Assembly: GCA_040954595.2 (NCBI GenBank)
Contig: CM082578.2
Span: forward strand, 10,609,166 to 10,673,165
Reading direction: 5' to 3'
From: Balanoglossus misakiensis
Taxonomy: Eukaryota; Animalia; Hemichordata
DNA length: 64,000 nt
The notes beneath the pieces are model-generated. The model was given only the letters and a program-made list of their open reading frames with translations, was not told the origin of the DNA and made no database searches. A program made the translations under genes and the position numbers. Numbering within the stretch: position 1 is the first letter of the stretch; every line of letters begins with the position of its first letter. Shown in pieces: positions 57,363 through 64,000 of the stretch.

Positions 57363-58592
57363 ATGTACATTTACTTGACTACCATGGTGAATGATTCACA
57401 GCCAGCAAACTGGAGCTTGCCTCCCGGCGGGCCCGACGACAACCCGGGCATCGAGACGCCCGACCGCGACTACGGCGTACTGGGTACGGTCGTAGTGAGT
57501 ATGGTGTTGTTGACGATCATTGTAGTGACCGTGATCATGAACAGTCTCATCATCATATCGTTCTGCATCTCGAGGGAGGTTCGCAAATTGAACAATTACT
57601 TCTTCTTCAGCCTCGCCATCACGGACTTGCTGATGGGGTTGTTTGTCATGCCGCTGATGGCCACGGAGCAACTGACGGGCACGTGGTCCTACGGCAAAGT
57701 TTTGTGCCAGATGTGGCTGTCTATGGACTACTACCTGTCGTCGGTTTCGGTCTTCAACATGATTGTCATTTGCATAGACAGGTACATGAGTATCCTGCAT
57801 CCGCTATCGTACCCGGCGAGGCGGACACGCGGATTTGTCGTGAAGATGATTGTGGTCGCGTGGATTCTCGGGTTTCTGGTCGAGGTGCCGGCCATCCTCT
57901 TGTGGGAACCGATAAAAGGGACGACCCTGTTGAACTACACGCACACCTGTGACGTGGAGTGGATGGATAACGTGCCCTATACGTTGACCAGCACGGTAGT
58001 TAGTGTGCTTGTCCCGTTCGTCATAATGCTAGTGCTCTACTCGCGGATGGTGTGCGCCGTCGAGAAGAGCATGAACTGGATACGGAGGCATTCCCTGGCC
58101 CCGACGCCCTTGCCCAGCCCGAGTCCCTCCTTGAACCTGAGCCGCTACATCTCCGTGAACGTCACGGACAGGGACTACGAGAACAACAAGCTGCCCACCA
58201 CGCTGGAGATACAGCGCACCTCCAGCGGAAGCAACTGGAGCATAGCGCAGGTGGCGGTGCAGAAGTCCCCCAGCCAAAGGAGCAACCTCCGCAAAGTGAA
58301 GGTCTCCAAGAGAACTCGTGTCCTGAACGACAAAAAGACGGCGACGACCCTCGGCATACTGTTGGCATTTTTCATTCTTCTGTGGTTGCCGTGGCAGGTG
58401 ATCAGCATCATCGACGCGACATGCGAAACCTACTGCGTGCCGGTGATGTGGTATGACATATGCCTGTGGTTGCAGTACTCCAATTCGATGGTCAATCCTT
58501 TCCTCTACATATTCAGAGACACCAGTTTCAGGACAGCCGTGAAACGTATTCTCCGGTGGTGCACATGTCGACAGCAGACAAACGCTTCATGA
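57363..58592 (+). CDS. Intronless class A GPCR, aminergic (histamine/muscarinic-like), 409 aa; alternative start at 57384
   Basis: Seven hydrophobic helices: TM2 SLAITDLLMGLFVMP; TM3 CQMWLSMDYYLSSVSVFNMIVICIDRY with Asp3.32 and DRY; ICL2 HPLSYPARRT; TM6 FILLWLPW; TM7 YSNSMVNPFLY; helix 8 FRTAVKRIL. N-glycosylation sequons NDS and NWS. The ATG at 57384 (accATGg) has better Kozak context. Confidence 0.95.
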   Translation: MYIYLTTMVNDSQPANWSLPPGGPDDNPGIETPDRDYGVLGTVVVSMVLLTIIVVTVIMNSLIIISFCISREVRKLNNYFFFSLAITDLLMGLFVMPLMATEQLTGTWSYGKVLCQMWLSMDYYLSSVSVFNMIVICIDRYMSILHPLSYPARRTRGFVVKMIVVAWILGFLVEVPAILLWEPIKGTTLLNYTHTCDVEWMDNVPYTLTSTVVSVLVPFVIMLVLYSRMVCAVEKSMNWIRRHSLAPTPLPSPSPSLNLSRYISVNVTDRDYENNKLPTTLEIQRTSSGSNWSIAQVAVQKSPSQRSNLRKVKVSKRTRVLNDKKTATTLGILLAFFILLWLPWQVISIIDATCETYCVPVMWYDICLWLQYSNSMVNPFLYIFRDTSFRTAVKRILRWCTCRQQTNAS

Positions 58593-59875
58593 ACATTTCA
58601 ACTGAACCAGAAAGAAAACCTCTCAACAGTAACAAAATGGCCGGCTACCTTACGCACATGTATGTATTCCCTGAAATATGCATGCGAAAGTCTGTCTCTG
58701 TTTTATAGAGATGTGTGTAGCTATTGAAGGAATGCCTCCCCACAGTCGTTAGCTTTTACGCTCTAAACTTTGCCACATAGACATTTTACCACGTTGAATG
58801 GAGACGTCTGCTGACGATAATAATCCCGGGTCCCCGAAATTACTGCTTGTATATTTTTTCACACTTTACCCAAGTGAGTCGTGTGACTCTCGAAAGTCTT
58901 AATTTATATAAATTACACATATATGAACGTAACTGCCAATGCTTCGGCGTGCTATCTTCGTAGGCGACGATGTGTATACTGTCCGCATATATGAGGAGGG
59001 GGTTCAATATCATGCTGTTCAAGACGGCATCGATTAATGCTAGAGAACGATCGATCCGACCAATATTGTAAAAAAAACAGACTACAAGTCTGAGATATGG
59101 ACTTCATTGGATTTTGGTTTCCTAGGGTTTTTGCCATCATGACTAGATAAAATTTAATGCCCCTGGCCTATTTTTGGACCGTATGTGCACATGTCATTTT
59201 ATGGCCACTGTCGGTCCAGTCTAGAATGCGAAGCAGCTGGTCAGATTCTCACTACCGGCACGCTCGCACCTGTTTGGAGAGTTTCGCCGAAGTTGCAGCT
59301 GTCAATGTCAGGGAGTGAAGGTTTTCAAATTGGTTAGTAAGATATGGAAAACGCCTTGAAAAAGGTCTCTCTTTGAAACGATTTCATCAAAATAGACGAA
59401 TACGTGTATTCGGTTCTATAGCGTGCATACTGAGAGGGGTTGTACACGCAGAGGAATTTTGGGTCATGGATGAGTAGGACCTGTTTGTTAAAGATAGGTC
59501 TTTCGCGTGTGCCTTCACAACCACGCCCCATCTTCGTCCTGGCCAATTGACCTACTTCTACAAGATCGAAGCCATTCTTCGACTCGCGGTTGTACCGATT
59601 CGTACCCAGGTCGTCACGTGATCACATCATGCTATCGATACTAGTAGTTCTCAGAAACCCCAAAGGCCATAAATTTTAGACTGCAATCATAGTTAAACGC
59701 TGAGAAAAGCGGGAAATTGTGTGGACAGTCATGAAATCCGAGACACTTCAGACGACCTATATACAACATCCCCGACTGTTTTCGGCATGGGACCGGGTGA
59801 AGTGAAAAAATTCACCGCAGCATGCAGCAAGTGTTCTCTTCGTCTTCAAAAAACTACTTCGCTCGCTAAGGTTAA

Positions 59876-59950
59876 TAGTCTAGCTCCTAACCGTATTTAG
59901 CTTCCAAAACTAACTTGCTTTTGGACAAAATACGGCTAAGTGCTAGACTA
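59876..59950. mobile_element. 75-bp hairpin micro-MITE with a 10-bp target duplication (1 mismatch)
   Basis: Ends tagtctagc...gctagacta, with inner arms ccgtattt/aaatacgg and tccaaaa/ttttgga. Flanked by ctaaggttaa (59866-59875) and gtaaggttaa (59951-59960). Confidence 0.75.
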
Positions 59951-62900
59951 GTAAGGTTAATGACTGTACAGTAAAGTGCAATCTCTTTTTGTGCACAGTG
60001 GCCATATTGGGTAACGCACGTCAGTATAATGTTTTGCACGTCCTCACCTTAATATCTATCCGTGTGCGTTTCATACGCAAGCGCGATACTAGCATTAAAC
60101 AGCTGCACATCGCCTGATGTGATTAGTGAAATGAGATAGCCTTGGATTAAACATCAAACCTACAAAATGGTGCAAAAGAGACAGGTATTGAAGCGTGGAA
60201 TGTTAGATGCCAACTTAAAGGAGAAACTGATTGGCCAGGTGTGAACCTTTCATACATGTAAATTGAGAGGCTCATATACGGAGCCTATAGAGCCATACCA
60301 ATGGGGAAATGATAAAATATAATGCTGTTCTGACTTCGGCGACGTTCTGACCTTGGCCTTTAACGGTGAGCCCTTTTGTGGGAAATATCATTTGACCGTT
60401 GTGTGACTGTAAACGTTACAATACAGCAAGGCCATACCTTATATCAAAACACTGCAGAACATATGTCCCCGTGCGGGCGGTGTGCACTGTAGGCCGACAT
60501 GTACGCTCACCAAGTTGGTACGGCATTTAATTTTATGTGCTGTTTCTGTTATTAGGAACGTCGTACAAGTATCAAAAATATCAATTACACAGAAAGTGCT
60601 CAGGGATGAATTATTTGCCAGACAAATATACTTTATATTGAATGTGCAATGTCATTTTTTGTAAGAGGACAACAGCCCCTGCTGTCTCTCTGGAAAGGAG
60701 AATGCTGCAGAAACATTTAACCTCGACCGATGGATTCTATTATTTCTGCATGAATTTGGCGCAACGTGAACGAATGCAATGTATTCCAATTATTCGTGCA
60801 ATTGTTTACAACATAATATGAGAAAGGTTGTGCTCAGACGACCGGGTTGACATTCGCTGGCTTCTATGATTTCACGATTGCCCCGCAACTTTCCGACTGG
60901 ACGAGCGAACAAACAAAAAACGCCGCGGCGACCGAGATACAACACACGGGACAACTGCGCCTCGATGCCGTCACTTTGGACCGAAGCCGCCCCCTTCACG
61001 GCTTCCCCGACGGTGCGTGAATAATTGTGTCTGTCACCGACCCGTCACTGACTATTTAGTCTTCTCCGTTCCATCCGGATCACAGCACGCAATTGCGACG
61101 GAACCACGAGCAACCCGGGTTTGTGACCCCTGTCAAAGAACACGATCGGCACTTAACCAGCTCGAGTTATTTGGAAACCCGATCGCATTTTGTTTTATCA
61201 TCTTTCGCTATGAATAGCCTTCGCCCCTTGAATGGAGAGGAGTTACACATGGCAGCGGGTTATCTTACTCTGTGTGCAATGCAGCATCGACGAGGAATTT
61301 CTTCACGTATTGTGGTTTAATCAATCATCAACCAAGACTGGGGTCAGAATCTGACCAACACAGTTATGAACAGCAGTGTTGTTCAACCTGAACTGAAAAT
61401 TCACTCGTTCGTTTTGAAGACCATCGCAGTATGTAGACATCGGTCTTTCGGGCGACCAATCTTCGTCCATTTTTCCCCCTTCTACTTGAACATTATTAAA
61501 AATAATTGAATGCGGTTATCGTTCATTGTCGCATTGTATTTCAACCGCTGCTTGTCATGATGTTGTCCGACACTCAAGAGATAAATTATTTTAGCCGACT
61601 GGAATTTTTTGATGCTGTTTAACAGTATCAATATGACTATATGTGTTTCTCATTATAGCGCATAATATTGATGTCTGTCTTGTAACATTTGTTTCTCCGA
61701 ATGTCTCGATGACGATAAAGTATATTACGTTTCATGTGGACATTGAACAGTAAGCATGGACGACGATTGCTTCTGTACACAGAATAAATAATCAAATGAG
61801 ACTTTGAGTGGTTTTCGTGTTTGCCTATTGCTCGTATTTCCGGAAAATTAATTTAGACATCAATTTCAACCGCCTGCAAGGCCCATTAAGCGTGTCTTTG
61901 ATCAAAACACACATACACACATCACGATAATTGCATAAATTAACACAGAATACGAAAAAAGTATTTGCATACTTAGTTTCCTGATACTTACTAAAGCAAG
62001 CCCGTGCAAAGGTTTACTATGCAAGTGTAAAATTGTCTGCTGTCATCGGACGTGAATCAACGACCTCTGATGACCCGAATGTTGACCGAAAGTCTGCGGT
62101 AAACAGCTATCGATTATGAAGGAACCAAACCCACAACCTCAGTCTGTAATATATGTGTTGAAGATGAAAGGTTGTGTGTCCCGGGTTTAATGGTAAAGGG
62201 CGCGGCGGTACGAGCTTAACAGCTTAGGGAAAAGACAGCGAAGGGAACTAATGATACAACTATGTCTTTAAGCTTCAGAACCTAATATCTTCTTGAGGCC
62301 AGTCTTGATGTCCTATTGTTTTCATCGTGTTGATATTTGTTACTTAACAAACAAATTATTTTTTTCTGAGCTGATACAATCATTGACACTTGAGCACGAC
62401 TAAGAGGCATTGCAGTTAAAAACAAATGATTACAAGGAGGAAATGTTTAGCGGTTGCGGTTTTTTGAGAGAAAACATGCGATCCAACACGGTTATCATGA
62501 TACAAGCAGAATTCGTCACTTCCTGTCAACTCGGTTTTGAGGTCGATGTACGTTGTAAGAACTGCCAAAAACATAAAATGGCTGGAATTAGCGATCTTGT
62601 CTTGAGGCAGCGGTTCACAGAGTTGCTGGATTGCTGTCCGTTTTGCCCCCAAAATTATACTTTAATTTTGATTACTGAGCACGGATGTACAAAAATAGAT
62701 TGTACCAACTCCTATATTTGCAGACATGGTATCCTTTGGTGTCGTATTGTGGAACTGCGGACTGATCCCAGGATGTCTGCATAGGAAATACATATGATAA
62801 ACTACTGTTAACTGTGACATAGATCAAAAGGTCGTGTAACGTGGGAGATTTATCTGTATGTTCATGTCGTCTCTCTATCTGACGGAGGTATGTTTTCAAA

Positions 62901-64000
62901 CATTAACTCGGGTATTCTGACTGCATGACGGAGCGCGAAAAGAACTCGCGGAACGTGACCTTCTTTGCCCCCAGTCAGAGTCAGTTCGGGGGACGTCGAG
63001 TGTTAGTGATCATCTCGGTATTCGCGATGTCGTCTTGTCATCAACCATCATGAAATAACTGAAGAGTTCCCATATTGTTGTTCTGTCCGTGCACTACACT
63101 TTGTTGTCCTGGCCCGTAAACACACTGGAACACCGCGTATGTAGCTTGTATGCCCCCATACCGTGCAACATATTAACTGAAAAACCTACTCAGCCAGACG
63201 TTTATAGTTGATGGCGCGTTAAGTTAGACATAGCCTAGTACCTCGGCGTATTTTGTCCGCTTTAGACAGTGCCTCGAAACTCAAGACACTGGAACTTGTG
63301 GTCTGTATCTCCGTGATCATCCCCCCCCCCCGGCCACCGATATGCTAAAACCGGCAGTAACGCTCGGTTTGGGTCCGAGAAAACGCATAAATATATTTTC
63401 TTCCGTTCCAGTCATACTAATATTAGCCTATTCAGAACTACGTACGTAGACCACTGGATTGTTTTAAAATGCGGAACAAAGTGTAGTTGAAGGCAGATAA
63501 ATTAATATTGTAGTTCCGAAAACTAAATCTACCCACAGGGTTTATGATCCACTCTTCACACTGCCTGTAAATTTTAAAAGTCACAAATATACGGAAGTTA
63601 TAAAAAATACAGAAGTTATAAAAAATATTGTTATTTACGCCAGAATTAGAATGAAATTCGGGAAATTGCGCAAAATCCATAAAATGGCATTTGCTTCTAT
63701 CGATGTCATTCTCCTGTTAGTTGTTATGAAAGTATTTCGTTACTCCAACGTTTTGGATGCATTCAATTTATCAGTTAAATGCACCCTTCCTATGTGAGAT
63801 GAAACTTTTCGTGACCTACCCTCTGTATTTTCAGGAGATAAAAAAATGTGTTATCGGAAGCGCGCAATTCATTGATTTGCTTGGCCATCGGGCCATACCG
63901 TGCCAAATACTGAAAGTCTTAAATGTGTTTTTCTGGGAACTCAACAAAAACTTGATGGAAAATATAGACCAGAGAAGACAGCTGACAAAATACTTTCGAA

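Noticed and set aside
57396-58456. Overlapping alternative-frame and antisense ORFs within the GPCR
   Set aside because: They are expected by-products of GC-rich codon usage in the real CDS.

Overview
Eukaryotic (animal) genomic DNA with GT-AG introns and microsatellites; it resembles a marine invertebrate deuterostome such as a hemichordate (inference only). Genes reconstructed by hand from splice sites and reading frame: (1) a head-to-tail array of three CLCA-family metalloprotease/vWA genes on the minus strand, one running off the left edge and two complete 11-exon genes of ~959 and ~964 aa; (2) a 10-exon GH16 beta-1,3-glucanase/LGBP-like gene with an intact EIDIVE motif, an apparent type II membrane anchor and an NPxY motif; (3) a divergently transcribed, short (~654 aa) TRPC-like channel; (4) an intronless aminergic-type class A GPCR. 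Non-coding highlights: a ~2.9 kb foldback-like element with two inverted arrays of a 69-bp quasi-palindromic unit (~27 perfect GGAAATTTCC copies) enclosing a probable BEL/Pao LTR-PBS-gag fragment and a hairpin MITE; a 1.1 kb TIR element between the GH16 and TRPC starts; exon-restricted homogenisation among the CLCA paralogs; and a GC-AG intron shared by two paralogs. No database searches were run, so family calls rest on motif recognition.
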